The notes: generated by a model from the sequence alone, not told the origin. Positions 50,980 through 61,302 are shown, counted from the stretch's first letter. The stretch: DNA of 64,000 bases from Omnitrophica WOR_2 bacterium RIFOXYA2_FULL_38_17 (GCA_001805965.1 MHHG01000075.1:8826-72825), one strand, 5' to 3'. A program made the numbers and translations.

Positions 50980-51903
50980 TTATATTTTTTTCAATTTATC
51001 TGAAACTATCTTAACTGAAAATGATATCATTATAAGGATCAAACCAAATGAAACACCTTGGGCGCAAGCATATCCGAATCTTTTCGATCCAACCATAGCG
51101 TCAAGTATCTGAGTAACGGGAACTGAAGTATAATCAGCCAAACCATTGCCCATCATAGAAATAATCAGAACGAACGCCTGCATTGATCCCAATATCGTCA
51201 GAATAACAACAACACAAATAACAGGGGTCATCATTGGCAATGTAACGTTCGTCAACATGCCCCAATATCCTGCGCCATCGACTTTAGCAGCTTCATAAAG
51301 CTGCCTATCAATTGTTTGAAGGCCCGCCAAAAACATGATAAATCCCCAGCCAAAGCCCTTCCAGCTATGGACGATCGCTATACATGGCAATGCTGTCTTG
51401 GGATTGGAAAGCCAGTTGTTTATTAAATGCTGCAAATGAATCTTGTCCAAGAAATAATTTAATAAACCGATATGTTCTGCGGACTGCGTCCCCGAATAAA
51501 GTATCCATGTCCAGATCAAACCAACAACTACTTCAGAAAGAACCGGCGGGATAAAAAAGACCACCCTATAAAAGTTCTTCATTTTCAATTCACGGTCACA
51601 AGCAAACGCTAAAGCAAAAGCCAACAAATTCTGAAACGTCAGGGCGACTAAAGTAATAAAGCCCGCGTGCCACAAAGACCCCCACCAGTCATTATCATTG
51701 ATCAATTCAAAAAAATTATCAAAACCAACAAACTGTTTTTGAAGATCAATCCCATTCCACTCGTGTAAAGATAATTTGAAGATATCACAGAACGGATAAA
51801 TATAAAAAACCGAAAAGATCATTACCGCAGGGACAATAAACAAAAAACTAGTTAAATTGTCGTGAAACAAAGAGCTCTTTTGTTTTACTAATGCATTACT
51901 CAT
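50980..51903 (-). CDS. Carbohydrate ABC transporter permease (MalF/UgpA-like)
   Basis: 'EAAKVDGAGYWGMLTNVTLPMMTP' EAA motif; six TM segments. Confidence 0.85.
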   Translation of the reverse strand: MSNALVKQKSSLFHDNLTSFLFIVPAVMIFSVFYIYPFCDIFKLSLHEWNGIDLQKQFVGFDNFFELINDNDWWGSLWHAGFITLVALTFQNLLAFALAFACDRELKMKNFYRVVFFIPPVLSEVVVGLIWTWILYSGTQSAEHIGLLNYFLDKIHLQHLINNWLSNPKTALPCIAIVHSWKGFGWGFIMFLAGLQTIDRQLYEAAKVDGAGYWGMLTNVTLPMMTPVICVVVILTILGSMQAFVLIISMMGNGLADYTSVPVTQILDAMVGSKRFGYACAQGVSFGLILIMISFSVKIVSDKLKKI

Positions 51904-53207
51904 TGTATTTTCTTGCGCCTGTTCTCTTTTTCAATAACTTTTTGCTTGAGGTCCTGGACTTCCTGAGCTACTTGCCTTGGGGTTTTATCGCCGATAATAA
52001 TCGATTGTATACCTTTATCAAATTTATCTGTGACAAGAACTGCCTCATTGTATTTCCATATGGTTGGATGCGTGGTCTGATCGGAAACTTTAGCAAAATC
52101 AGATAACACTTTTGGTATTGATAAAAGGGCTTTTCTGTTTGCCGGTAAATTCTTTGTTTCCCCAGATAAAAATGTCTGCTGCTCTTCTGCTGTAAGCCAT
52201 TTTAAAAAGGCAATAGCCTTGTTTTTATTAGGGGTGCTGTTATTAACAACAAATGAGGATCCTGCTGCTCCCCATATTTTCATGGGAAAATCAAGGCTGA
52301 TTGGCGGCGGAATCATTGGCGCATAATCAAGGTCAGGATTCATTTTCTGATAAACATTAACGCACCATGAGCCATTAAAAGCAAAAGCGGCGCGCTCTAA
52401 AGCGAAATCCTGTTCAGCAAATTTATTTACTTTTGTAACGATCCCATCTATCAATGCGCCTTTGTTCTTCAAAGTCTCAAAGACCTCAAACACTTTGATC
52501 CAGTCAGGGTCAGTATACGGAACTTCTCCACGGTATGTTGCCATGATTTTTTCTTCACCCATAATATTAAAAGCATAGTTTGAAGCAAAACAATCAGCCA
52601 GCCATAGTTCACCCCAACCGGAAACAAAACCTGTTATTCCTATACGTTTCAAAGCGCCGATCATTACCAGAAATTCATCAAATGTCTTTGGAGGCCTATC
52701 AAAGCCAGCTTTTTTAAGCAGTTTTTTATTATAAAGCATTTGAATATTCGTTATATCAAGTGGCACCCCATAGATACCAGGCTTAACGCCATAAACATTA
52801 TCTTCCTCAAATCTGTTTATATCTAATGCTTTTGGGAACAGGCTCTTTTCCCATTCACTATTGTTCTTTGCAAACTCGCTTGTTAGCTCAGAAACAAAGC
52901 CATTCTTAATAAATGCTGCAAAGACTTCTTTTTTATCTAGGATTCCAAAAATATCTGGCAGGACTTTTGCTTGTGCGGATGCGATTACTTTGCGCGTATA
53001 TGAGTCTGAAGGGGCATATAAATCAATCTTAATTTTAATACCGGTTTGCTCTTCATATCTCTTAGCTAGCTCCTGCAAAACCTCTTCTCTGTCTGTCATC
53101 CAGTGCCATAAAGTTACCGTATTGGTATCCTTTTGTTTTTTAGCACAACCAAGGCAAACTAGCGTAAGTAATAATATTATTAATACTTTTTTGATAGATA
53201 ACTCCAA
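51900..53207 (-). CDS. ABC transporter sugar-binding lipoprotein (family 1 solute-binding protein)
   Basis: Lipobox 'LVCLGCAKK' and a 435-aa SBP fold. It overlaps permease 1 by 4 nt. Confidence 0.85.
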   Translation of the reverse strand: MELSIKKVLIILLLTLVCLGCAKKQKDTNTVTLWHWMTDREEVLQELAKRYEEQTGIKIKIDLYAPSDSYTRKVIASAQAKVLPDIFGILDKKEVFAAFIKNGFVSELTSEFAKNNSEWEKSLFPKALDINRFEEDNVYGVKPGIYGVPLDITNIQMLYNKKLLKKAGFDRPPKTFDEFLVMIGALKRIGITGFVSGWGELWLADCFASNYAFNIMGEEKIMATYRGEVPYTDPDWIKVFEVFETLKNKGALIDGIVTKVNKFAEQDFALERAAFAFNGSWCVNVYQKMNPDLDYAPMIPPPISLDFPMKIWGAAGSSFVVNNSTPNKNKAIAFLKWLTAEEQQTFLSGETKNLPANRKALLSIPKVLSDFAKVSDQTTHPTIWKYNEAVLVTDKFDKGIQSIIIGDKTPRQVAQEVQDLKQKVIEKENRRKKIQ

Positions 53208-53358
53208 AGATTTTTAAGGGTTAACCTCAAATTTAAAATATGGCACTAATATGATCAAATACAAAATTATTTTAGTCTTTATAGAGATGGAAGTATATCA
53301 TTTAGTTAAATTAATGTCAAAAGGTAAAAACAGGGATTATGAAGGGAATTTAAGGAAT

Positions 53359-53709
53359 CTATCGGCTAGCTGGCGCGGTCATTTCATACAATTGTGATAA
53401 CCGCATGAAGTTAATTTTTGAGAATTTCATACCAACATCCCAGGATCTGTCTTCTTTCATTCTTGCCCAAACCACATCACCTTTAAGAGAAACTGGAAGA
53501 CTGTTTTTGGGAAGGTCAACTTCAATCGTAAGGGTATCATTAACTATCACTTTATCTGTAAAGGTAAATCTTGCTCCCTGTGCCGATGCATCTCTCAATA
53601 AAATTTTAGAGCCAAAATCCTGACGCGAATCCTTGATCTTTGCAGGAAAACGAGCAACAAAACGCTCAAACAACCTATTATCTTTAATATTTTCTTTTTC
53701 TTGTAACAT
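53359..53709 (-). CDS. PilZ-domain c-di-GMP-binding protein
   Basis: 'RLFER' (RxxxR) and 'DASAQG' (DxSxxG) motifs; 116 aa. Confidence 0.7.
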   Translation of the reverse strand: MLQEKENIKDNRLFERFVARFPAKIKDSRQDFGSKILLRDASAQGARFTFTDKVIVNDTLTIEVDLPKNSLPVSLKGDVVWARMKEDRSWDVGMKFSKINFMRLSQLYEMTAPASR

Positions 53710-53723
53710 GCCCGTTATAAATT

Positions 53724-54053
53724 TTATTTTTCCTGAAAATATCTATCAAGACGGCCTTTTGAGCCCCTAAGAACATCTTCAAACGACACTCCAACCTTAT
53801 AATCTTCAGTACCTTCAATAGGCCTTATCCACTTTACTTTGCCTACAACAAAAACCGGCTCTCCATCTTTTGAAAGGTCTATTTCAATGTTGATCTTCTT
53901 GTTCAGCGGCATTTTATAATGTGAAACAAAGCCAAATCCACCTTTGCTAAAGTCAAATGTGCTGATATTCTCAAAGGAGCTACCCTCTTTTCCTTCAACT
54001 GGGACCAAACATTCCAGCCTGTCTGATTGTCTTTTTTCTTGTTTTTCGTTCAT
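53724..54053 (-). CDS. PilZ-domain c-di-GMP-binding protein
   Basis: 'RQSDR' (RxxxR) and 'DFSKGG' (DxSxxG) motifs; 109 aa. Confidence 0.7.
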   Translation of the reverse strand: MNEKQEKRQSDRLECLVPVEGKEGSSFENISTFDFSKGGFGFVSHYKMPLNKKINIEIDLSKDGEPVFVVGKVKWIRPIEGTEDYKVGVSFEDVLRGSKGRLDRYFQEK

Positions 54054-54354
54054 TTTATTATTCCTAGTATTGTTGCTTAAGCAAATATTGTTAACAGTAA
54101 ATTCCTGTAATTTGAATATCCCGCTTAAATTTTTGAAATTTTGATAATATTATAAGATTTTGGAAACGCTTTCTTGTACATCTCAAATATAGTACATTAA
54201 TGCGCTAAAAGCAAATTTTAAAAAAATATTTTTTCAACCTTTTATCTTGATAAGAATAAATTTTATCTCTTAACAATTGAATTAGCAATTATACAATGCT
54301 ATACTGAAATAAAATTTACAAAGTCCATTCTTAAATATTAAAAAGGCATTTGTT

Positions 54355-55194
54355 TTGAATTGTTATACAGACTCCATAATAAGAGTAATCCTGATAATAT
54401 TTTTCGTCAAAGGCTGCCTTCAGGGAATAAGCAAATCTGCACGAGCACCTATTTCTCTTATGCTTGGAGGATTCATAAGCCTTTTATATTATCAGGCAAC
54501 TTCAAACCTGATGAAAACAATGCTTATCAGCTTGGTAAGCCCTATCTTGATAAGCATCACGTTATCTCTCACTCTAAAGTACTTCACTAAAACAATTGTT
54601 AAGAGCAAAGAGCCCTCGCCTCTCAGCCGTCTCGGGGGAGGAGCTATCAGCTTGGCCTGGAACAGCATTTATCTGTGTTTGGTCTTGATATTCATTTCAA
54701 TTTTTCCTGGAAGCAATGCCGATTTTCAGGCGATGCAAAACGATGTTTTAAGATCAAGCAGTTTTGCGCTGGCCAAAGACCTGTCCCGGAACGTTTTCCC
54801 GGTAGAGGCCCTCGATATAAAAACATTGTTCTCGAATTTACAAGATGTCAAGAAGATCGAGAAACTGCGCTCAACGAAAGCCTTCAAAAGAATTATGAAC
54901 AACAAAAAATTCGTGGATTTTTTGACGGACGAAACAATAACAAAAGACCTTATGAACCAAGACATATCAAAAGTCCTGTCCAATCCAAAGCTGCAAGATA
55001 TGCTTAAGGACAAAGAATTGCTTGAGCAGCTCTACGACCTTAACAAAACGATCCTGTCACAAAACTCAGAAACCGATGATGACGAGAGCAACTATGAAGA
55101 TTACTTTTCGCAAGAGGACTCTTCCGAAAAGGATTATTTTAATGATGCCGAAGAGGACAAGAGCCCGCAGAGCTCTTACGATTGGAACAGCTAA
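54355..55194 (+). CDS. Membrane protein with an acidic/Ser-rich C-terminal tail; start uncertain
   Basis: Four hydrophobic segments, then 'SQNSETDDDESNYEDYFSQEDSSEKDYFNDAEEDK'. The track start is a TTG; an internal ATG at 54460 is the alternative. Confidence 0.4.
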   Translation: MNCYTDSIIRVILIIFFVKGCLQGISKSARAPISLMLGGFISLLYYQATSNLMKTMLISLVSPILISITLSLTLKYFTKTIVKSKEPSPLSRLGGGAISLAWNSIYLCLVLIFISIFPGSNADFQAMQNDVLRSSSFALAKDLSRNVFPVEALDIKTLFSNLQDVKKIEKLRSTKAFKRIMNNKKFVDFLTDETITKDLMNQDISKVLSNPKLQDMLKDKELLEQLYDLNKTILSQNSETDDDESNYEDYFSQEDSSEKDYFNDAEEDKSPQSSYDWNS

Positions 55195-55201
55195 AACCAC
55201 C

Positions 55202-56617
55202 CTACTTACCGATACAAAACTGAGAAAATATATTATCTAAAAGATCATGATCAATATTCCTTCCTGTAATATTATCGAGAAAGTTCACTGATATTTTGAT
55301 ATCTTCAGAAATAAACTCCAGGGACAACTCGCCCCTTAAATCCTGCTCAGCTTTTTCCAGTAGCGAAAAACATTTCTTCAATGCTTCAACATGACGAAGA
55401 TTACTGATCATGACTCCGTGTGTATCCACTGTCTTTTGATGCCATACATTATTGACAATCGCTGTTTCTAGCTCGTCAATGCCAAAACCTTCAGTAGCTG
55501 AAACTTTGATCAATATAGGATCTTTCAATAAACGCCTTACTTTTTCAATATCCGCTATTTGCTCAAGGTCACATTTATTGGCAACTACTATCACGTTTCG
55601 ATCGCCTACATTTTCCATGATCTCAATATCTTCTTTAGATAGCCCGCTGCCGGCATCAATAACAAGCAAGACAATATCAGCGCTCTGAAAATGCATACGG
55701 CTTCTCTTGATGGCTTCTTCTTCGATAAGATCCCTGGGAGCAATGATTCCCGCAGTATCAACCAATTGAAAAGGTATGCCTTTGATCTGTACAGATTCTT
55801 CAATAGAATCCCTGGTCGTTCCGGCTATCGAAGAGACTATGGCCCTAGGCTGCTTGAGAAGGACATTTAACAACGACGACTTGCCGACATTAGACTTGCC
55901 GCACAAGGCAATTTTAATGCCCTCTTTCAATATCTTGCCATGGTCGCTAGTTTCCAATAGCTTTCTCACCTTGTCTTTTTCAACAAGTATCCTGTCCGCA
56001 ATATCCGGCCTGTTCTTTACATTTATCCCGTCTTCGGGAAAATTTACAATAGCCTCAATTTCCACATAAATATCCATTAGCTTTTGGCGAATCAAATCAA
56101 GCTCCAAAGACAGCTGGCCCTTGAGCTGATGAGCGCTAACCTTAAGAAAAGCCTTGGTTTTTGCATTAATAATATCCAATACTGACTCCGCCTGCGTAAG
56201 GTCTATCCTGCCGTTAAGAAAAGCCCTTTTCGTAAATTCTCCAGGCTCAGCCAACCGCGCCCCAAGATCAGTAGCCAAAACAAGGACCGCTTTTACAGAC
56301 ATCATTCCTCCGTGACAGCCGAACTCCACAACATCTTCTCTTGTATAGCTCTTTGGTCCCCTCATAACTGTCAACAAAACCTCATCTATTATCTCCCGCT
56401 CTAAGGAAGACTTGCCTGCCTTTACATCAACAACATCGCCATAACAGACAGAATGGCTTTTCATTTCAGAGACTTTTTTGTTCCCCTTTGATACAAACAT
56501 TCTATCAGCTATCTCGATCGCATCCTTGCCGCTAAGGCGGACTATACCTATGGCCCCTGCGCCGGCCGCGGTCGATATAGCAACTATGGTATCTTCCATA
56601 TCTTTGTAATTATACAT
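55202..56617 (-). CDS. mnmE: tRNA modification GTPase MnmE (TrmE)
   Basis: 'IVAISTAAGAGAIGIVRLSG', G-domain 'GKSNVGKSSLLN', and a C-terminal 'CIGK'. The start was taken at the ATG at 56617 (or 56599); the track start at 56635 is a TTG overlapping folC. Confidence 0.9.
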   Translation of the reverse strand: MYNYKDMEDTIVAISTAAGAGAIGIVRLSGKDAIEIADRMFVSKGNKKVSEMKSHSVCYGDVVDVKAGKSSLEREIIDEVLLTVMRGPKSYTREDVVEFGCHGGMMSVKAVLVLATDLGARLAEPGEFTKRAFLNGRIDLTQAESVLDIINAKTKAFLKVSAHQLKGQLSLELDLIRQKLMDIYVEIEAIVNFPEDGINVKNRPDIADRILVEKDKVRKLLETSDHGKILKEGIKIALCGKSNVGKSSLLNVLLKQPRAIVSSIAGTTRDSIEESVQIKGIPFQLVDTAGIIAPRDLIEEEAIKRSRMHFQSADIVLLVIDAGSGLSKEDIEIMENVGDRNVIVVANKCDLEQIADIEKVRRLLKDPILIKVSATEGFGIDELETAIVNNVWHQKTVDTHGVMISNLRHVEALKKCFSLLEKAEQDLRGELSLEFISEDIKISVNFLDNITGRNIDHDLLDNIFSQFCIGK

Positions 56618-56618
56618 T

Positions 56619-57980
56619 TTATTTTTGTTCCCCAACTATCTTTCTTGCTTCACTGACAACAAACAACGATCCAGAAACCAATATAACCCCGTTAAGGCCA
56701 GCCTTTTCTTTTGCCAGGCTTAATGCCTCTTCAACATTTGACGTAACAAAACTCTCTTTATCCGGGAAATAACCCTTCAATTCTTCAGCTGTTATTTGAG
56801 CGCTCCTGGGATGAGCAGCTTTAGTAAAAACAACTTTGTTTACTGCTTTGCCTAACTGCCGGCAGATCGCAGCCTTATCTTTATCCTTAGAAAAACCCAG
56901 TATAAGAACTATTCTCTTTTTCGGAAGCAGCGTAATGGCCGTCTCCGCCAGTATCGCGCAAGAAGCTTCGTTATGCGCACCATCAAGAATGATCATTGGC
57001 TCTTCGCTAATAATTTCAAATCTCCCCGGCCAAAAGCATTCCTGTATTCCTTTATATACAGCTTCTGCACTTATTGCAAACCCAAATTTTTTTAAAGCTT
57101 GTACAACTCCTATCGCAGCTGCAGCATTATGTGCCTGATGCTTGCCAAGCAATCTCATTTTCAGATCCAAATACTTGCCTTCATTTATTGTCACATTAAA
57201 ACTTTGACCGCTTATTTCTTGACTGACAAGCTCTATTGCAATATCTCTTCCGACAACTAAAGGATCAATTGAATACTCCTTGGCGCGCTTTTCTATAACG
57301 TCTAAGGCCTTTTGTTCTTGCTTTGCTATAATAACGCCTTTCGTCCCTTCTTTGATAATCGCTGCTTTCTCTCTTGCAATGTCCGCAATATTGTCACCCA
57401 GGATCCTTGTATGTTCCAAACTTATTGGCGCAATAACAGCTACCAAAGATTCAACAGCATTGGTCGCATCAAGCCTGCCGCCAAGACCTGTCTCTAGAAC
57501 AGCTAGATCCACTTTTCTTTCTCTAAAATGAACCAGCGCAATGACAGTGAAGACCTCAAAAACACTCAAACGATCAATATCCTTTTTAATACAATACTCT
57601 TCAATAATGGGCTTTATGTCCTCTAAAATATCACAAAGGTCCTTTTCATTTATAACATCTGCGAACAAAGCCCCCCTCTTGACAGTTTCTGCGCGATCAA
57701 GGACCCTGATCCTTTCTAAAAAACTATATATATGCGGCGATGTGTATAAGCCGACAGTAAAACCTGCCTCCTTAAGGATAGAAGCCGTTATCGCACATAT
57801 AGACCCTTTGCCTTTGGACCCTGCAACATGTATTATCTTGTAATTATTTTGGGGATTATCCAGAAGAGCAAGGAGGTCTTTTACTCTATCTATCTTGAAG
57901 GAATTAGGCTGGACTTTATTAAGGTCAAATTCATAATTTATGAACGAATCAAGATATGTCTTTGCTTCATTATATTGCAT
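56619..57980 (-). CDS. folC: Folylpolyglutamate synthase/dihydrofolate synthase
   Basis: 'HVAGSKGKGS' P-loop in a Mur-ligase fold; 453 aa. Confidence 0.9.
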   Translation of the reverse strand: MQYNEAKTYLDSFINYEFDLNKVQPNSFKIDRVKDLLALLDNPQNNYKIIHVAGSKGKGSICAITASILKEAGFTVGLYTSPHIYSFLERIRVLDRAETVKRGALFADVINEKDLCDILEDIKPIIEEYCIKKDIDRLSVFEVFTVIALVHFRERKVDLAVLETGLGGRLDATNAVESLVAVIAPISLEHTRILGDNIADIAREKAAIIKEGTKGVIIAKQEQKALDVIEKRAKEYSIDPLVVGRDIAIELVSQEISGQSFNVTINEGKYLDLKMRLLGKHQAHNAAAAIGVVQALKKFGFAISAEAVYKGIQECFWPGRFEIISEEPMIILDGAHNEASCAILAETAITLLPKKRIVLILGFSKDKDKAAICRQLGKAVNKVVFTKAAHPRSAQITAEELKGYFPDKESFVTSNVEEALSLAKEKAGLNGVILVSGSLFVVSEARKIVGEQK

Positions 57981-58001
57981 CTTTTATCAATTACTAAATG
58001 A

Positions 58002-59561
58002 TCAATGTTTAAAATGTCTTGCTCCAGTAAGCACCATAGCAATATTTCTTTTATCCGCTGCCTCGATCACATCACTATCCGCAACAGAGCCGCCTGTCTG
58101 AATTACAGCTTTAATACCTGACTGGGCCGCAATTTCAATATTGTCCGTTTTTGGAATAAAAGCATCAGATATTAAAACAGAATTCTTCGCTTCCTTACCT
58201 GCCTTCGCAATAGCTATTTTAACACTTTCAACCCTTGATGTTTGTCCGCATCCAATACCAACAGCTTTGTTTCCCTTGACAAGGATGACAGCATTAGACT
58301 TTACATTCTTGATAACCTGCCAGCCAAACAACATTGATTCGACCTGCGCTTTAGTGGGTTTCTTTTTAGTAACGACTTTCAGGTCGTTCGGACGTATGGT
58401 CTTAATATCTTTTTCCTGAAGCAATAAACCGCCATGCACTTTTTTGAAATCAAAATCTCCGTCCTTGAGCTCATTTAAGTTGATCTCGATAAGCCTTAAA
58501 TTCTTTTTTGTTTTCAACATGTCCAGGGCGCCTTTAGCAAATCCCGGAGCTATTACGCATTCCATAAAGCCGCTTTTCATTATCAAAGCAGCCGTCTCTT
58601 CATCGACTTTTCTATTTAAACCAATGATGCCGCCAAAAGCTGATACAGGGTCACAGCCGTGAGCATATTTATATGCTTTTGAAAGTTCTTTGTCTGTTGC
58701 AATACCAGTAGGATTATTGTGCTTTATTATAACCGCTGCTGGCTCTTTAAAATCCTTAACAAATTCAAGGGCCGCATTAAGGTCCAGTATATTATTGTAG
58801 GATAGCTCTTTACCGCCAAGCTGTTTTATGTTAGCCAATCCGCAAGTAACATAAGAGCTCTTATAAAAAGCGGCAGCCTGATGAGGATTCTCCCCGTAAC
58901 GAAGGTCCTGAACCTTTGTATAATTTAAAGACACCTCCTTTGGAGTGCTGGAAAAGCTTTCCTCTCCCGATAACCTTTTATTCAAGAAAGAGGATATTAT
59001 GCCGTCGTACTTGGCGGTGTGTTCAAATGCCTCAACCGCCAGCTTGAACAAGAAAAAATCACTCAGTATTCCGCTATTAATATCCAATTGTTTAAGGACA
59101 TCTTCGTAGCGTGAAGGATTGCAGACAACAGCGACACTTTTGAAATTCTTTGCCGCAGACCTGAGCATTGAAGGCCCGCCAATATCAATATTCTCTATTG
59201 CTTCATCCATCGAAACATTTTTCTTTTTTATGACACTTTCAAAGGGGTAGAGATTAACAACCACCATATCGATCAGACCGATGCCATGTTTCTCTACCTG
59301 CTCCATGTGCTCTGGCTTTTCGCGAACCGCTAAAAGGCCTCCATGTATCTTGGGATGCAAGGTTTTTACTCTGCCGTCTAACATTTCAGGAAATCCGGTA
59401 TAATCGGAAACCTCTTGGACCGGAATGTCCATCTCTTTTATCTGGCGGGCTGTTCCTCCAGTAGAAATTATCTCAACTCCAAGAGCGTGCAAGCCCCTAA
59501 CAAAAACTTGCAAACCTTTTTTATCAGAAACACTAATTAAAGCCCTTTTTACTTTGATCAT
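58002..59561 (-). CDS. purH: Bifunctional AICAR formyltransferase/IMP cyclohydrolase
   Basis: 'ALISVSDKKGL...ISTGGTA' MGS-like N-terminus and an AICARFT domain; 519 aa. Confidence 0.95.
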   Translation of the reverse strand: MIKVKRALISVSDKKGLQVFVRGLHALGVEIISTGGTARQIKEMDIPVQEVSDYTGFPEMLDGRVKTLHPKIHGGLLAVREKPEHMEQVEKHGIGLIDMVVVNLYPFESVIKKKNVSMDEAIENIDIGGPSMLRSAAKNFKSVAVVCNPSRYEDVLKQLDINSGILSDFFLFKLAVEAFEHTAKYDGIISSFLNKRLSGEESFSSTPKEVSLNYTKVQDLRYGENPHQAAAFYKSSYVTCGLANIKQLGGKELSYNNILDLNAALEFVKDFKEPAAVIIKHNNPTGIATDKELSKAYKYAHGCDPVSAFGGIIGLNRKVDEETAALIMKSGFMECVIAPGFAKGALDMLKTKKNLRLIEINLNELKDGDFDFKKVHGGLLLQEKDIKTIRPNDLKVVTKKKPTKAQVESMLFGWQVIKNVKSNAVILVKGNKAVGIGCGQTSRVESVKIAIAKAGKEAKNSVLISDAFIPKTDNIEIAAQSGIKAVIQTGGSVADSDVIEAADKRNIAMVLTGARHFKH

Positions 59562-59680
59562 AAAACAATCCTCTCAAAAAAATATGGCTTTGGTCTATTT
59601 GCCTTGTGCCAAGAGCCTTCTTCTCCCTAGCTCAAACACATAAGCTCATAGCCCAAAACCATAATTTTTTAAAACAATAA

Positions 59681-59839
59681 TTATCTTTTCTTGCCTTTAT
59701 GTCTTTTCTTCTCGGAAGGCTTCAAATAGAATCTTCGTTCTTTAAGTTCCATCATAAAACCGTCTTTTTGACATGCTTTTTTAAAGATTCTCATAGCTTT
59801 TTCAAACTGATGAGAATCATGCACTTTTACTTCGATCAT
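59681..59839 (-). CDS. rpsU: 30S ribosomal protein S21 (52 aa; below the ORF-track cutoff)
   Basis: Translation MIEVKVHDSHQFEKAMRIFKKACQKDGFMMELKERRFYLKPSEKKRHKGKKR. The Shine-Dalgarno sequence AGGTGGTGA lies about 8 nt upstream. Confidence 0.8.
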   Translation of the reverse strand: MIEVKVHDSHQFEKAMRIFKKACQKDGFMMELKERRFYLKPSEKKRHKGKKR

Positions 59840-59990
59840 TAAACAATCACCACCTTATCTTTTCATTTTTATTATCAAACTTCGAATGTGCTATTATATT
59901 ATAGAATCTGTAAATGTAAACAAAAATAATCAGGCCATATTAAAATAATTATCAATTGGATTAAGGCCTAAAGAACACATAAAAATAATA

Positions 59991-61262
59991 TTACAAAGCC
60001 TTGCCTGGCAAGAAAACCGTAAAACCAACCATTATTAGTGTAAGCGTAATAATGATAAATACTGTGACCCAGGCAATAATATTTAGTCCTTTACTGTTAA
60101 CAAACTCACCCATTATGTCCTTATTGTTTATTAATCTGAGCATATAGATAAGTATAAACGGAAGCAAAACACCATTTCCTACCTGGGAAAAATACATAAC
60201 TTTAAAGAGAGGAAAATTCGGCAACAAAACAACTCCTGCGCCTATAATTATCATGGCGGCATACAACCAGAAAAACTGTGGTGCTTCCTCGAAACGCTTA
60301 TCAACGCCTGCGTCCCAGCCCAGCCCTTCGCAAATGCTATAAGCTGTTGAAAGAGGCAGAACTGATGCCGCAAATATAGACGCATTAAACAATCCAAAAG
60401 CAAAAAGCCAAGAAGCATAATTTCCTGCAAGAGGCTTTAAAGCCAAAGCAGCATCCTGCGCAGATTCAATCGTGATCCCCGCATGGAACATAGTAGCTGC
60501 ACAGGCAACAACAATAAAAAAAGCGATGATGGGCGCAATGATACATCCAGCTACAACATCTATCCTTAAATGCCTATACTCTTCAATGGTTACGCCTTTC
60601 TCAACGATCGATGACTGAAGATAGAACTGCATCCAAGGGGCGATCGTAGTCCCGACCAAACCAACAAGCATAACTGTATAATCAAGTGTCCAGTTAAAGC
60701 TAGGAGTAACCGTCTGTTTAAGAACATCGCTCCAATCCGGCTTTGCAATAAAACCTGAAATAACATATGCAACATAAAATAAGCAAGCGAACAAGAATAT
60801 CTTTTCCACCGACTTGTATGTGCCCTTAACGACAAGCATCCAGACAAAAAAAGCTGAGATCGGGACTGAAATGAACTTACTGATATGAAATATCTCCAAA
60901 CTGACGGCGATACCCGCAAACTCCGCCATCGCATTAGACAGGTTCACAAAAAACAAAGTAAGCATCATGTAGAACGTAACCTTTACACCATAATTCTCCC
61001 TAATAAGATCAGCCAATCCCTTACCCGTGGCAACGGCCATCCTTGCACACATCTCCTGGACAATAATCAATGCAATAGTAATCGGTATCAATGACCATAA
61101 CAAAGTATATCCAAAGTGCGCACCGGCCATCGAGTACGTAGCAATACCGCCAGCATCATTATCAACATTTGCTGTAATGATGCCCGGGCCCATAACCGCC
61201 AGAAACAAAAATACATGACGAGCTGCTTTGGAATTCCTGATTTTTGCAAACAATTGATCCAT
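59991..61262 (-). CDS. mntH: Nramp-family divalent metal (Mn2+/Fe2+) transporter
   Basis: 'GPGIITANVDNDAGGIATYS' Nramp signature; 11-12 TM segments. Confidence 0.85.
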   Translation of the reverse strand: MDQLFAKIRNSKAARHVFLFLAVMGPGIITANVDNDAGGIATYSMAGAHFGYTLLWSLIPITIALIIVQEMCARMAVATGKGLADLIRENYGVKVTFYMMLTLFFVNLSNAMAEFAGIAVSLEIFHISKFISVPISAFFVWMLVVKGTYKSVEKIFLFACLFYVAYVISGFIAKPDWSDVLKQTVTPSFNWTLDYTVMLVGLVGTTIAPWMQFYLQSSIVEKGVTIEEYRHLRIDVVAGCIIAPIIAFFIVVACAATMFHAGITIESAQDAALALKPLAGNYASWLFAFGLFNASIFAASVLPLSTAYSICEGLGWDAGVDKRFEEAPQFFWLYAAMIIIGAGVVLLPNFPLFKVMYFSQVGNGVLLPFILIYMLRLINNKDIMGEFVNSKGLNIIAWVTVFIIITLTLIMVGFTVFLPGKAL

Positions 61263-61302
61263 TAGCAGAACACCCTTAATAAATTATAAAAACCTGCAAC
61301 CA

